Source of the DNA: Eledone cirrhosa
Taxonomy: Eukaryota
DNA length: 64,000 nt
Assembly (NCBI GenBank): GCA_964016885.1
Contig: OZ024742.1
Coordinates: 308,140,001 to 308,204,000 of the forward strand
Direction of reading: 5' to 3'
In this document: positions 1 through 13,780 of the stretch, one piece after another
How positions within the stretch are numbered: the stretch's first letter is position 1
Layout: each line of letters begins with the position of its first letter
Position numbers and translations under genes: made by a program
The notes under the pieces: generated by a model
Database searches by the model: none
The model's input: only the letters and a program-made list of their open reading frames with translations
What the model was told of the DNA's origin: nothing

Positions 1-1392
1 GCATTTATTATTGTGTAACCCCCAGGAGAAGTTGACCAGACACATTTATGTTTAGAGATATTATATTGTATATTTATACTTTATCGAATATAGCCTTCCA
101 TTTTTAGGTACATCATGGTGACATTCTGTTAAGTACTCATTGGCCTATAGTAAAACGAACTATTAATGGTTGTTATTTCGATGTTAACGTTGTTGGGGTT
201 GGCTTGTCTAGTAATCTTTTGAAACGGTAGTGTATTATTTAATGGGAGATTTGGCTACCAAATCTAGCGTGTCAACACACTATGGAGATGATCGCTCATC
301 GGTTTACATTAAAGTTACTATCATCTGATGTCGGTTCACAATTCGACAGCAATAATATATATTGATTTTATGTGATCTATCTTAAAGAGTATTTCTTAAT
401 CTGTTTTCTATATTTGCCAATACCCTTCATATACGATAAGTAAAACTTGTGTTGTATAATACAACAAACGTTACTGGATTGTTTCATTGCTTTCTATAGA
501 TTTAACATTACCATACTTAAAACCAGTAAGTAAATCTAGTAAAGGAAGTGCAAATAACAATAATAGATGTTTAACGTAAAAAGATTTTCCATACAAGAAT
601 CTCAAAATCTACCAATGGAACTCTGAAATGTCTTCTCATTAAAACGATTTCCGCTAGAATAAGAATATCAGATCAAAAACCAACCAGACCGAATGAGTTC
701 ATCATTTTCCATAAAATAAAATATATCTAAAAACATTAACGGGAATAATTCATGTAAACTAATGACATGAAATTTGATCATTAAATTGAAAGATGCTTCG
801 TAGGATTCAATACGAAAATAGGTTTTAATTTATTAAAGATTCTTGGAAAGATGGCGAGAAAAAGCAAAACCTAACGGCCACGATTAGGGACCTGCAGACA
901 AAATGGAGATAGTTAAAGTATTTCAAAATTACTCTCTTAGATAGCAGTACCAGATAAAACAACAAAAAAAATTGTCTTGACAGCTGTTCGTAGAATACAA
1001 TCTAACAGTCACATGAGACGAGTAGATATTTGTTTACATATAGAAAATGTGTTACCTATATTTTTGATTAACATTGTTCGCATAATTATAAAAAAAATAA
1101 ATAGAATTGAAATTAATTACTTATCTTATGAAAAATAATGTTATGGCAGGGTTGTGGACAGTTGTATATGAAGTAACGATGGACCAGCTGTCTACTGAAT
1201 AGGTTATTATATAGTACTGAAGTAACACAGAGAGGCATGTAAAACATGGTAAGCCAAACAAAATCCCCTTTACGATAGATATAGCCACATATATAAAGTC
1301 ATTCTTACGAAGACTATATAAAAAACAAAAACAAATATTTTTATTTGGAAATTGTTTTCTGTGGGAGCACACACGCGCGTACTCACAGACAC

Positions 1393-1429
<37 letters not shown>

Positions 1430-1606
1430 CGTGTGTGTGTACGTGTGTGTGTATATATGTGCATGTGTTAGCTACGTGTAACTAGTCGCATTCGATCATA
1501 TACACACACACACACATATATATATAGCTATATATACAGATAGCTATATGTGTGTTTGTATGTATATATGTATAATATATATATGTATGTGTGTGTGTAT
1601 GTGTGC

Positions 1607-1640
<34 letters not shown>

Positions 1641-2187
1641 ATGTGTGTGTTTGCGTGTATGTGTATGTGTTTTTGTATGTGTGTATGCTGATGTGTACAT
1701 GAAGAGAGTAAGGTAGAGACGAATCTTGTCGAACAATAGCTTCCTCTGATCAGTAAAATTGGTTACAATTGTTCCTTCGGGTTCATTATTGTTCACCATA
1801 CAGCGTTCAGTAGACGCGTCGTCTGCAGAGATATATCATATGAAAAGAAATCTCTTTTTATTCATGATCTACTATTGTTTCTAATTCGGTCGCCATCAGC
1901 ATACTTATCACAATTTAGTTTTTATCAATCCGACATACCTATGTCTGAATGTTTTACGTTGGATGAAATGCTGCTTTCTTAAAATATACATTGTATTTAC
2001 AACTTAGACATTGTATATCCATACATAGGTATTTCTCTAGTATTATCGTTTTTATATATATATCCCTCTCTCCCCCTCTCCCTCTCTCACTGTTTTACCC
2101 TCTTCCTTTTTCTCACTCTGTCTATATATATGTAATTCATGTATACATATACGTGTGTATGTGTATGTTTGTATGAATATATGTATG

Positions 2188-2220
<33 letters not shown>

Positions 2221-2328
2221 TTTTTCCTCTACCTATCATTCTATCTATGTATCCAGCATCTCTATCTCTCTCTCTCTCTCCCTCTCTCTCTCTCTGTATA
2301 TATATATAACATATATATATATATATAC

Positions 2329-2670
<342 letters not shown>

Positions 2671-2949
2671 AAGGAAATAACGCTTTAGAAAGAAAGAGTT
2701 GGTAGGCATATTTCAGGTTTTCGTAGCGTTAAATATATGAAAGATTTAACTGGATCTGACTGGATCAATTCAGATGATATTGCACCTACTGATAAACAAC
2801 ATGTCTGCTGTCTTATTTTGAAAAGACTTTCTTATTGATCATTGCTGTACAGCGTGCCAACTCAGGACCTAATTTCAAGTCATAAAACATGTTAAGTGAT
2901 GCTATTATCTTCATTAGATAGTTACAATTATCATATATCAATGTTGGTA

Positions 2950-3135
2950 TATGCGGTGAAATGAATATTCGGAGGCAGACTCCGAGGAAGATGGTTTGAT
3001 AAGATCCATGAGCTTGGATGATTCACTTGGAGATACAGCCGGACCAATTGGAGACAGTTGCCTCCAACAGGACCGGCTGGAATGAGAGCTTGAAGAATCT
3101 GCCGCCCCAGTCCTCCCAAGAAGAAGAAGTGAAAT
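2950..3135 (+). mobile_element. Decayed 3' end of an RTE-type LINE
   Basis: Translates GGRLRGRWFDKI...NWRQL, resembling the GRPRxRWxD...W C-terminal motif of RTE ORFs. Contains stops and ends in (GAA)n. Confidence 0.4.
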
Positions 3136-4079
3136 AAATATTCTATGAGAAGAAAGTTTGTCTAAAGTTTTAACCGTTTATAGAAGCGTAAATGTATCGT
3201 AATTATATGCATTTGTGGACCATAGCGAATAAGGTTGTAGCGGAGAATTTACAATGTAAACACATGCATATTTTGTTTTGCCTAAATTTCCAGCAAAGGA
3301 AATTATTTGCTGCTATATTGACCACAGTATTAGTATGAGTTAACGCGTTTGCTCGAAAGATAACGCTATTCCGAATATGTTTTAATACATTTTAAGGTAC
3401 ATTCAATGAATTGAACTTACTTGAACCTATGTTGCTCACTACATTAAAAATTCTAACATTATGTTCAAATGGTCTGCTTTTATCTTTAGCTAAACAAGAT
3501 ATTTTAGATGATAATGATGCCTCACAGGTTACTGTTCAGTAAATGTTACATCCAACGATACTTTTATCTTCACACTCTACTGAGTAGTAATATGTGATAA
3601 GAATTCTTCTTGGCGTCATAAACACTTCCATTGTTCAGAAGGCCAAATAGAAACAAAGTAACATTAAAAAGTGTAGGTGTTGTATAATGATGAATGTTCT
3701 ACAGTTCAAGAAGTGGAACTGTCTTTCTATTTCATCCTCTCAACAACACCCCACCCTCATCTCACTCTCTCTCTCTCTCACTCTTTCTCCCTCTCTCTCT
3801 CTCTGGCTATATATATATATATATATTGATGATGTAGTAAACCCAATGTGGTTAACTAGGAATAGTTATTAAAAATACATCGGTTAACTTGAGAACAGTG
3901 ACGCCTCCGGGAATCGAGCCATATATATATGTACATAACATACATACATATATATATATGTTTGTATACACATTCATACATTCATATATATATATATATA
4001 TATATATAGCGGCGATGAATTAGTTTTGCGAGGTTTTTTATATTTTTTATATGGAATCGTGTGTCGAAACAAATATTGG

Positions 4080-4394
4080 GGTACTTGCAAAAACATGACA
4101 ACAACATACATAGGTGAGACAGCTCGTAGCATAGGTAAAAGGATAGACCAACACTGGGGGGAACTAAAAGGACGAAAAAACGGGTCAGTACTATACGAAC
4201 ATGCTAGACAACAACATGACGGTAACATAGACAACATAGAAATTAGAATAATATCTAAACATAGAAATGACCCAGCAGATAGGCAAATCAGAGAGGCCAG
4301 TGAAATAGAAATTAGAAGGCCAAGACTAAACAGAAAGAATGAATGGAATAACAACAACACCCAAACAAACAACACTGACCTAAGAGAAGTATAA
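4080..4394 (+). pseudogene. C-terminal GIY-YIG endonuclease fragment of a PLE
   Basis: YIGETARSIGKRIDQH...LYEH...RQIREASEI...PRLNRK matches the YIG-x-T-x-R, catalytic R/E and LN motifs of PLE GIY-YIG domains. Confidence 0.85.
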
Positions 4395-4632
4395 ATAAAT
4401 AAATAAAATAAAATAAATAAATAAATAAATACATACACAAGCACAATAACAACAAGCACATAAACACACACTAGTCACCCATCACACAGCAAACAAAACA
4501 CTATACACACACGCAAACGCATGCGCAAAGAAGACAAAATAAAATAAACAAACAAGCAAATAAATAAATAAATATATAGACAGACTGAATAAAAATGGCG
4601 TAGACATACAATACAACAGGAGGAAACAATAA

Positions 4633-4676
4633 CACCACTGACGACGTTGCAGATGTGCAACGAAAGATTTATGATA
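4633..4676 (+). ncRNA. Minimal type I hammerhead-like motif in PLE-c pLTR
   Basis: cacca CTGACGA c gttgca-gatg-tgcaac GAAA gatt TA tgata. Homologue at 21917-21953 (-): CTGATGA t gttgcaac GAAA gaac TT tgatag. Stem I is imperfect. Confidence 0.55.
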
Positions 4677-4875
4677 AACTATATATATGTGTTTGTGTCT
4701 ATATTGTATCTGTATTATTTTTGACCGTCGGTCAGTCAATGGCAACATTGAGGACCGAGTAAGTTAGATTACCGATATAAAAGACACAGAAGCGAGAAGC
4801 GAAAACCAACCAAACAGTGAGTGTGTTCTGTTATTAATTCTGGCAATATTACACAAATATGACCCTTCCCTGTTT

Positions 4876-4920
<45 letters not shown>

Positions 4921-4933
4921 TAGATAGATAGAT

Positions 4934-6176
4934 ATGTTTCTTTTATTTGCCACTAGGGCATCAAAAGTGGGACAAGTACAAAGGGGGAGTTTACACAAAA
5001 AGGCGTCCTCAATAAGGAGGAGGCAATAACAAAATATAAAAATAAAATAAGATATAACAAAAAATAAAATTTATAACAAAATCCTCAATAGAGAGGAGGC
5101 GCCTTGGGGGGTCGCACACACCCCCGAAAAAAGTGTGCAACCCTTCTCCTCAGGAGCACAGAGAAGGGGTGCTCCCTTGGTCTTTCATCTTCCTCACCTA
5201 TAGTCTGATGTAGAGTGAAGGCCCATTCACACGGGCCATTCTCGCCACTTTCACCCATCTTTCATAGAAACGGCTGGGGTGCAGCACCTCTCTCTCCATC
5301 CTGATCCTTCTTCCGAAATGATATCGGAAGAAACGGACCAGTTGTTGGCCAGAGAGAAAGGTGCCTGACCTCAGTCCTTTCAGACGCGTCCACCATACAA
5401 CCTCTTTCGCCATGGCTATTACGCACAGAAACACCGCCTCTGCTTCATCTTTGAAGGGGGGAGGCGGCTTGATCATTACAATAGACTCGGTGGTCAACCG
5501 GATCGGTCCCACCCTTGACAGCAGTTGTTCGACATAGCCCCACAGATCGGCTACGCCCGAGCAGTGTACCAATGCGTGTGCAACGGTTTCCTCGTCGCAC
5601 ACGCATCTGGGACAGATCTTTTTGGCGGGGTCCCTACCCGGGCGCCCGTGTCTGTAGAGCCTTTCTCGAACGGGTAAAGCTCCTCGGTAGCACTGCCAGG
5701 CCAGGGACTTCTGGAAGTTATCCATAGGTCCCGGGCTGAATGTCCTACCGAACAGGCTGGCCAGTTCGTCCTCCTCCATGTCTAGGGCTTCTCCGAGGGC
5801 GTCGTCGCACCTGCTGCGTACCAGCCCTCTATAGAATGTTGCGGTGGAGTCTCCACTGATAACCGGATCCGCCTGCCAGAGGGCGGTGAGCGCCTGGGCA
5901 CACTCAGTGTGCCAGGCGCCCAGTTTTCTCGGTCTTTGCTTGACCCAGGATTGCAGCTCAGTGAGTGAGACGAGTCTGGGAAAGGTTCGTCTCACAAACG
6001 AGGCCCACACCGGTTGTCCGGTGAGGAATACGTAGAGGTGCCGTAGCCTTAATGCGTGTTTACGCATCATTAGCCACGGCATCCCCAGCCCTCCTTTCGA
6101 AGGGTGTTGACAGCAGATGAATCTCCTCACCATAGGAGCCCGCCTCTTCCAAAGGAATTGGAAGAGCGCGCGCTCT
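4934..6176 (-). mobile_element. 5'-truncated Tx1-clade LINE, family A, in (GATA)n
   Basis: ORF 5198-6133 is the ORF2 C-terminus (CPRC...H...C zinc motif); about 99% identical to 38900-40140; GATA tracts at both junctions. Confidence 0.93.
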
Positions 6177-6666
6177 ATCTATATATAGATAGATAGATAG
6201 ATAGATAGATGTGCGTGTGTATTTTTGCATTGTATGTTTGTTTGTATATATGAATATATGTGTGTGGGCCTGTGTTTGTTTGTATGTGTATCTGCACGCC
6301 TATGTATATCTTTTTGTTATACATGTCTCCACTTAGACATGTATATTGTCACCAGCATCCAATACATACGTACACAAAAACACATATATACACACACGCA
6401 CAAACATATGCACATATATTTGTGCGTGCATGTGTTTATGAGTGTTTGAGGGAGCACCTGTGTTTACGACTTTTCAGCAGTCTTTTTTTTTATTACATAA
6501 AATCGATTGATTTATATCAATATACAGCTTAATTACTTTGGTGACATATTGTGAGTTTATCAACAGATTTCTTTCATATACTTCTTAATACAGTTAGTTC
6601 ATCTGATGTAGATTCAACCCACGCATATACAGACGAGAATCAGATACAAGCATATACGTACATAAA

Positions 6667-6715
<49 letters not shown>

Positions 6716-6902
6716 CGTGTGTGTGTTTGTGTGTGTGTGTGTGTGTGCATGTGTGTGTATGCATGTATGTATCTCTGTAAGCAGGCATATATACCTATAT
6801 ATATATGTATATATATGTAGGTATATATGCATACTTACAGATACATACATGCATACACACCCACACACACACGTATATATAAGTGTGTGTATGTATGTAT
6901 AT

Positions 6903-6940
<38 letters not shown>

Positions 6941-6947
6941 TATATAT

Positions 6948-7005
6948 AGGAAAAAGTAAGACCCCGACGGCAGAGCTCAAGCCGTTTCGACGGCTATTTC
7001 TTGTT
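6948..7005. mobile_element. PLE family b micro-insertion
   Basis: gaccccgacggcagagctcaagccgtttcgacggctatttc matches the terminus of 20178-21660; flanked by (TA)n. Confidence 0.75.
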
Positions 7006-7017
7006 ATATATATATAT

Positions 7018-7183
7018 GTCCCAAGGCTCTGATACCATCAACACTATAAACACAGAGCTGGCATATCTAAGAACTGACTAACTGTCTAATGAGGTCATAG
7101 CCATTCAATGGCTATCATCGAAATATATATCGCAGTAAACAACGGATTATGAGTTCATGCAATTGACTTATGTTTCGTCACTA
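7018..7183 (+). mobile_element. PLE-like terminal fragment, family g, with minimal hammerhead motif (7081-7136)
   Basis: actgt CTAATGA [hairpin atagccat/atggctat] GAAA tatata TC gcagt: stem I 5 bp, palindromic stem III, AUC triplet, G5A core change. Lies between (TA)n tracts. Confidence 0.6.
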
Positions 7184-7227
7184 TATATATATATACCTGT
7201 AAGCATGCATATGTACCTAATTATATA

Positions 7228-7258
<31 letters not shown>

Positions 7259-7260
<2 letters not shown>

Positions 7261-7409
7261 GAACGAGTGGAGTCTACAATTAGTCGTCGAAACTGCTTGA
7301 GCTCAGCCGTCGGGGTCCTACTCGTTCCTATTACCCACTCTACTACACTAAGTATTGAGTACTTTGGTGCGTTATGGTCCATCTGGTTCCTTACCACATT
7401 TCCTTAGTT
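7259..7409. mobile_element. PLE family b micro-insertion
   Basis: 11-bp short end joined to the tail-bearing arm, homologous to 21530-21660; (TA)n both sides. Confidence 0.8.
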
Positions 7410-7856
7410 ATATATATATATATATATATAACAGTTTGATTGGTAAGACAAAAACACGTTTTGAGAAAAAATGCTTCTAAGTTTGGTTCAGGTCACGAGA
7501 TGTTGTTTATTCATCGAGAGCACGCCATTAACGTTAGTAACCTTAGATCTATAATCTCACTGGCATCCTGTCTGTGTCAATGTGTTTGGCGTGTCTTCAT
7601 CAGTGTTTATGCCGTGTCGCGGACAGAGGGAATAATAAACATCACAGATGTGAGAAAAATCACAGACCCTCCATCTCAACTCACCTTTTGAAAAGCAGAA
7701 GAACTGCGAAACCGGTAAAGGAACCAAATAAATATATATATTTTTTTTAAAAATAAGACTCCAGTTGCATTTTCGATTTCATCTCTTTTTCTTTATACTT
7801 TCACTCGTGTAGGACACCTCGGTTATTTTTCATTTTGTAAAAAAAACCTCACTTTC

Positions 7857-7915
<59 letters not shown>

Positions 7916-7928
7916 AATATATATATAT

Positions 7929-8097
7929 AACGAAGGAAATGTGGTAAGGAACCAGGTGGACCATAACGCACCAAAGTACTCAATACTTAGGGTAGTAGAT
8001 TGGGTAATAGGAACGAGTAGGACCCCGACGGCTGAGCTCAAGCCGTTTCGACGGCTAATTCTGGACCAAAAAAAAATTTGTTATTAGTCCAGAATTA
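7929..8097. mobile_element. PLE family b micro-insertion (opposite orientation)
   Basis: acgaaggaaatgtggtaaggaaccaggtggacc... is near-identical to the copies at 32509 and 34870. Confidence 0.8.
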
Positions 8098-8249
8098 CCA
8101 TTTAGTGCTCAAATTTAGCAATGGGTTTAATAATTGAATTTCAGTGCGATAGGTTTTTAGCGCTTAATTTCCTGATCTACATGAAGCCGTATAACCGATA
8201 AGAAAAAAAAAAACGTCTTCACCATCTTTTCATGACATTATCATTAATT

Positions 8250-8625
8250 AAGGGCGGTGGTTTGGCAGTATCGGTAGAGCGTCAGACACCATGCTTTGCA
8301 GCATAGTTAAGACCCTTTGCGTTCCGAGTTCAAATCTGCCGAGGTTAACTTTGCCTTCCATCTTTACGAGGTCGATAAAATAAACTACCAGTGATGCACT
8401 GGGGTAATCGCTGGCCTTGTGCCAAAAGTAGAAACTTGGGGGTGAATTGGCAGTATCGGTAGAGGGTTGGACGCCATGCTTTCTCACATAGTTACGCCCC
8501 TTTACGGTCTGAGTTCAAATCCCGTTGAGGTTAACTTTGCCTTTCGTCCTTATGGGGTCGATAAAATAAAATACCAGTAATGTACTGAGTAATTGCTAGC
8601 CTTGTGCCAAAAGTAGAAACAATTA
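8250..8625 (+). mobile_element. Tandem dimer of a tRNA-derived SINE (8250-8435, 8436-8625)
   Basis: A-box-like tggcagtatcggtagag, B-box gagttcaaatc, core gttaactttgcctttc.tcctta.ggggtcgataaaataaa.taccag, 3' end ccttgtgccaaaagtagaaac. Multiple copies in window; the core resembles the Nin/Deu-type SINE domain from memory. Confidence 0.85.
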
Positions 8626-8999
8626 TCATTAATTAAGGCCAATAAACGAAATGAAACAATAAACATCAACAAACTATACAAAGTCTCATATTGCAAACAG
8701 GAACTATATTAACCAAATGGGTATATTAGCGATTAAATGTATGATTGTGTGTAGACTAATATTTTTGCAATGTATTGAGAATAGAGATAGATGATGACAG
8801 GGAAAAGAATAAGATGGATGTGACTAAGTGAATAAAAGATGACAAGTGTGATAGAAAAATAAACCGACTTAAGTTAAGACTGTATGTATGTATGTATCTT
8901 TTCTTCTTTTCGGGTTATAGCTACTGTCGCTCAGAGAGTGGGATCGGCTCAGTGCACAGTCTTTCCTCACTTTAAAAAGAATATCTCTTTACGCACAGG

Positions 9000-9098
9000 C
9001 ATTGCACGATAGAATTAATGAATAATTATTAATAATGGTATATCGTGCAATGGCCATACTCGATAACGAGGAGGCAGCCGGCCATCATGTATGTATGT
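9000..9098 (+). mobile_element. Short 3' end of the (CATA)n-associated RTE family
   Basis: cgtgcaatggccatactcgataacgaggaggcagcc...catcatgtatgtatg matches the 3' termini at 52868 and 54571. Preceded by an inverted copy of cattgcacgata. Confidence 0.75.
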
Positions 9099-9174
9099 AC
9101 GTGTTTAGGGATGTGAATAACAGGTTGCTGCAACAATCTTATTCTAATCGTCTTGATCTATTTGAAAATTCGTT

Positions 9175-9423
<249 letters not shown>

Positions 9424-10159
9424 ATACACAACCAAATCCACCAAGAAGCGTTTGCATAATATTAATGTGGAATAAATGAAATGGTTAACTAAATTTCCTT
9501 TTAGAAATCAAATAATCGCCATTCGTTCGTCTTCAAAGTTTATCACAACCACCTCCTACAACAATAAACTGTATATTAAAATGCGATATGTTTGGATAAT
9601 TGTTATAGATGTGTGTTGTATTGATGATAATATACGAAGCGTAAGTACATCCACTAGTGATATCTAGCGTATAAAATGTCCTACATGATTACATAAATAC
9701 ACATATGCTCACATTCACACATACATACGTTTGCATATTTTATGTGTTAACTATGTTTCTATTAGGAAAAGCTTATAACACAGTTAAGCTAGTCTCCTCG
9801 ACCAATATCGGTTGTTGTATTTGTTATTGTTTAGCATAATTAAATATGTCTATAATCAAATGTCAGACACGACCAGCCAGTTTTTTTCAGGATATTGAGG
9901 GCTAAATGAATCATCTACAACCACCCTGGTTACAGGGTTACCATGTGTCTTCACACAAAACATTCCTGTAAGGGGTAAGACTTAGAGGTGCTTACTCTGA
10001 AAGACTAGTGATTGCCCATGCAGCAGTTTCATCTCCTAACGCAGTTGACTTTGTCCAAGCTAAAGATAGCTTCTGATACTATTTGCACGAGAACCCATCA
10101 AACAAACAACTGTACAAATGCCGTAAATACGCTCTAATAGTTCTAACAATCTCCCTCTC

Positions 10160-10302
10160 TGTACTGGTACTATATTTTATCGACCTCAAATGATAATAGG
10201 CAAAGTTTATCTCAGAGGGTTTGAACGCCGTAAAAAAACAACCGGAACAAATATCGCAATATATTATGTCCGACGCTCCAACGATTCTGCCAATCTGCCA
10301 CC
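10160..10302 (-). mobile_element. Degenerate tRNA-derived SINE
   Basis: actggtactatattttatcgacc...ggcaaagtt...tttgaac...ccgacgctccaacgattctgccaat matches the reverse of the SINE consensus. Confidence 0.65.
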
Positions 10303-11089
10303 AATTACGTTTCAATTGGTTGAATATAAGAACTGCAAAATCTGTGTCTACTCGATCACCGCTAATCGAAGGCAAAAGAAGAGAAACGAAAATAATATGC
10401 CCACTCCGATATCCCGTGACTCGATACATAATGATATTGAGCTTAAATATAAGACGGAATATGTATATTACTGTCATAATAGTCAGTTTTTAATCAAATA
10501 GGACCAGCTGGACCATTCCATTCTCTTCTTTGCTGATTTTTACATCATCTAGGTTCAAGAAGATTAATTTCTAATTTTTACTTGAAATATATATCGTCCA
10601 CCCATCGCTAGTAGGGAAAATAGTATAGAACGATGACGATGATGCTGATGCTGATGATGTGGGGGATGAGGATATGTAGTCCACTGTCTTTCATTCGCTA
10701 CATGACATTGATACTGTTTCTTGCTCCTTATAGTTATTTCTACCGACACCGATATAACAAGAACGAAACATATTCGTGGCAATATTTATTGTTTCTAGGT
10801 TTTATATATTAAGATTTCGCCTGACACTAAATCATTTCAAAATATTATTCATTTTTCTTTTTATATTTTGCGTAATCACCATTTCCTTTGTCCGCGATGG
10901 TTCCATATAGACGTATCTTTGAATAATTAAAATAACCTTTCTGCATTAATTTGATCGAAAGTCAAACTCGGTATATTCTAATTCTTGAAATATCCATCCG
11001 CTGTCCAGAAACAAATTGCTTTTTCTCAATGTCTTACAACGAACTTTATAAACAATAATTTATTCTCGCGACAGATACACACACACACA

Positions 11090-11155
<66 letters not shown>

Positions 11156-11162
11156 TCTCTCT

Positions 11163-11209
<47 letters not shown>

Positions 11210-11231
11210 ATATATATATATATATATATAT

Positions 11232-11386
11232 AGTAAGTTTGATTTGAAACAGCGAGCGAAGTTTGGAAAAAGGATGGATACATGTACGTCAGTACTCATC
11301 CATTTCCAATTTTAGAGGGTCTTAACCCCACTATAGGGCTAAAATATGTTTAGTAAGAAAAGCAGACGAAAGCTTCTCTGTTTACT
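11232..11386. mobile_element. Diverged PLE-like micro-insertion, family e
   Basis: tttgaaacagcgagcgaagtttg and actcatcc.tttcca...gagggt...aaccccactat..ggcta...gaaagctt align to 57305-57327 and 57443-57526; lies between (TA)n tracts. Confidence 0.55.
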
Positions 11387-12566
11387 ATATATATATATAT
11401 ATATATGTGTGTGTGAGTGTGTGTGTATACACATGTTTAATATTGATACTACGTGTTTCCTTTAGCATTCATACACAGAACATGATTTCTCGCTTAATCA
11501 GCTAATTATTGTATACAATGCACAGGTTAACCATCAGTCATAAGTCAAACGTTCTTAACACAGTATATACATGTGATCCCTATGGGTCCGAGAAACTAAT
11601 TATCACAATTGACATGGAACTTTATACCAATGCGTAGCATAATTGAACATGTTGGATCTGACAAACATTTCTAATAAATAATTTTAAGATGGTTTCTTGT
11701 GAAAACATTCTTGATCTTCGGCTGTTTTTCGTTATAGACTTTTCTTTCGATGTATGTTGAGTAGCAATTAGCGAAATTCCATACGCTTAATTTCCCATAT
11801 CACATAGTCGTCAATCAAGAAGTTCGGTAGAAACGAATAATGAATGTAGAATGAAATAATTGATGTATCATTAAACAGAGTAACATACAAAGTGGGAAGT
11901 TTGAGGATGGAATAGCTGGGAGATGGAAATGTATTTATCTAGGACTGGGGAATCAATTGAAAATATTGATGAGATCATTTAGTGTTGTACAACGTAAACG
12001 TATGGATGTAAATAAATACATTTTAAAGACGGTTTAATCGTACCATAAGATAAACATTTTGCACCTAAAGGGACAGTGCAAACAATTACGATTTAAAAAC
12101 CTCGCATGAGCAACAGATAATTTGAACGGGTTGTTTCAGCTATAGAGGATATTAAATGATTTGTTTGGCTGTTAAACAGTTATAACATCACCAGTAATCC
12201 ATTCTTCCTTCTAATAAAAACCTAAACCTCTCACGTTCTCACAATAGTAAGAATTTTTAATAGTGATATTTAACACTGTTACAATGCCACAGCGTTTGAG
12301 GTGAGATGTAATCAATTATATCAGCTCCATTTCTTTATCAACAGCTGAGAAAGGAAAACGTAACGGGGGATTTTAAACACAGATCTCCCAGCGACAGCAT
12401 GATATACAATAACTTATATTGTTCATAATAGAAAATGTAATATATGGAGCCGTATCATCTGGTGGGGTCACAGAGCATTTTATACTTGGCGATACCCATC
12501 CAATCTCCAGTTCTGAAAACAGCCTGATATTGATAGATCGGAAGTGAGAAAGGGGTATAGAAGGAG

Positions 12567-12727
12567 AATCGACCCCAGTACTAGATTGCTATTTTTTTAT
12601 CGACCTCGGAATTAGGAAAGCCAATGGGGACCTCGACGGGAATTAAATCTCCGAGCGCAGAGAGCCGGAACGAATGCTGCAAACTATTCCATCTAACGTT
12701 CTAACGACTCTGGTAATTTTCCACCTT
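12567..12727 (-). mobile_element. Degenerate tRNA-derived SINE
   Basis: aatcgaccccagtac...tttatcgacctcggaa..aggaaagcc...gacctcgacggga...ctaacgactctg. Confidence 0.55.
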
Positions 12728-13666
12728 ATAGAACATCTAATATTTATGTTTTAATCCAATATGCGAGGTATTCTTAAACCACTGATATTAGAAATCTCCA
12801 TTGGCTTTTCACACAATTTGAGAACAGATCAATTTATCACACAGGATGAGTAGAATGATATGGATTTTGAACATAAAAGGAATACTTGAAATATCATTAA
12901 ATAATAAAGAGGAGCATGAAGAAATTAAATAAATGCGTGAAAGAAATATCTTACGGGCAGGCGCTTATTGTGAAGTGAGAACAGAGCATCACAAAGAACA
13001 CTTCAGTTATCTAATTATATAATGTGTTGAAATCTGTTAACATGTTAAAAGCTCATACACTATAGGCATATGAAATGTATGAGATTCTCTGAAGATGCAA
13101 TGAGAAGGTAAAAAGCGCCAAGTGAAATTATAATTGCTTGGTTAACATTTTGATCCCAGAGGTCAATAATATAATAATATAATTGAAATATCTCTGGTTA
13201 AAATATGCCAGATATGTATCTGTATGGAAGCCGCATATCCAAGGGTTGAAAATGGAAGAGAGCCAACGAAATAATTTCCATTCAAAATCTTAAGAGAAAA
13301 TGTTTGTCTACTATACCTCAGCATCCAGGTGCAAGTAATTGAGCGTTGGCAGGATAAACGAGAGTGAAATGTATACTCCACTCTTACCTTGACACTCAGA
13401 TAGCTGTAAAAGGTTCACTGTTTAAATAGTCACTGCGAGACTAAATATTTGTTTACTATACGTGAACATATATATATATATTTATATGGATAAATATACG
13501 ACTGTCTCCAGAAATATCATAAGATCAGTATCAGTAAACGGTATCAGTGATACGTTTGAAAGTTCTATCGCTAAGATGTTTTCGCTTTTATCTTATCGTC
13601 AGAATTAGCATCATCGTTATCCTCCTCATCATCGTCAACAACAAATTCCTCACCATTATTATCATT

Positions 13667-13780
13667 AATCCCGCCGAGGTTAACTTTGCCTTTCATCCTT
13701 ACGGGGTCGATAACATAATGTACCAGTAATACACTGGGATAATTGCTGTCCCTGTGCCAAAAGTAGAAACAATTATTATC
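13667..13780 (+). mobile_element. 3' half of tRNA-derived SINE
   Basis: aatcccgccgaggttaactttgcctttcatccttacggggtcgataa...gtgccaaaagtagaaacaatt. Confidence 0.8.

Larger units (their letters stand above)
4008..4880 (+). mobile_element. 5'-truncated Penelope-like element, family c (inverted tail + GIY-YIG remnant + pLTR)
   Basis: GIY-YIG fragment; hammerhead-like motif at 4633-4676; both termini recur at 21728-22095 and one at 18975-19030; (TA)n on both sides. Confidence 0.85.

Noticed and set aside
1690-1830. Possible minus-strand exon after ctctgcag (DDASTERCMVNNNEPEG...)
   Set aside because: No recognisable protein, no clear donor, runs into microsatellite.
8250-8340. tRNA gene
   Set aside because: A/B boxes belong to SINE heads; no complete cloverleaf, and the SINE core follows.
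10564-10782. His-rich minus-strand ORF
   Set aside because: The His run comes from a (GAT)n-like repeat; no homology recognised.
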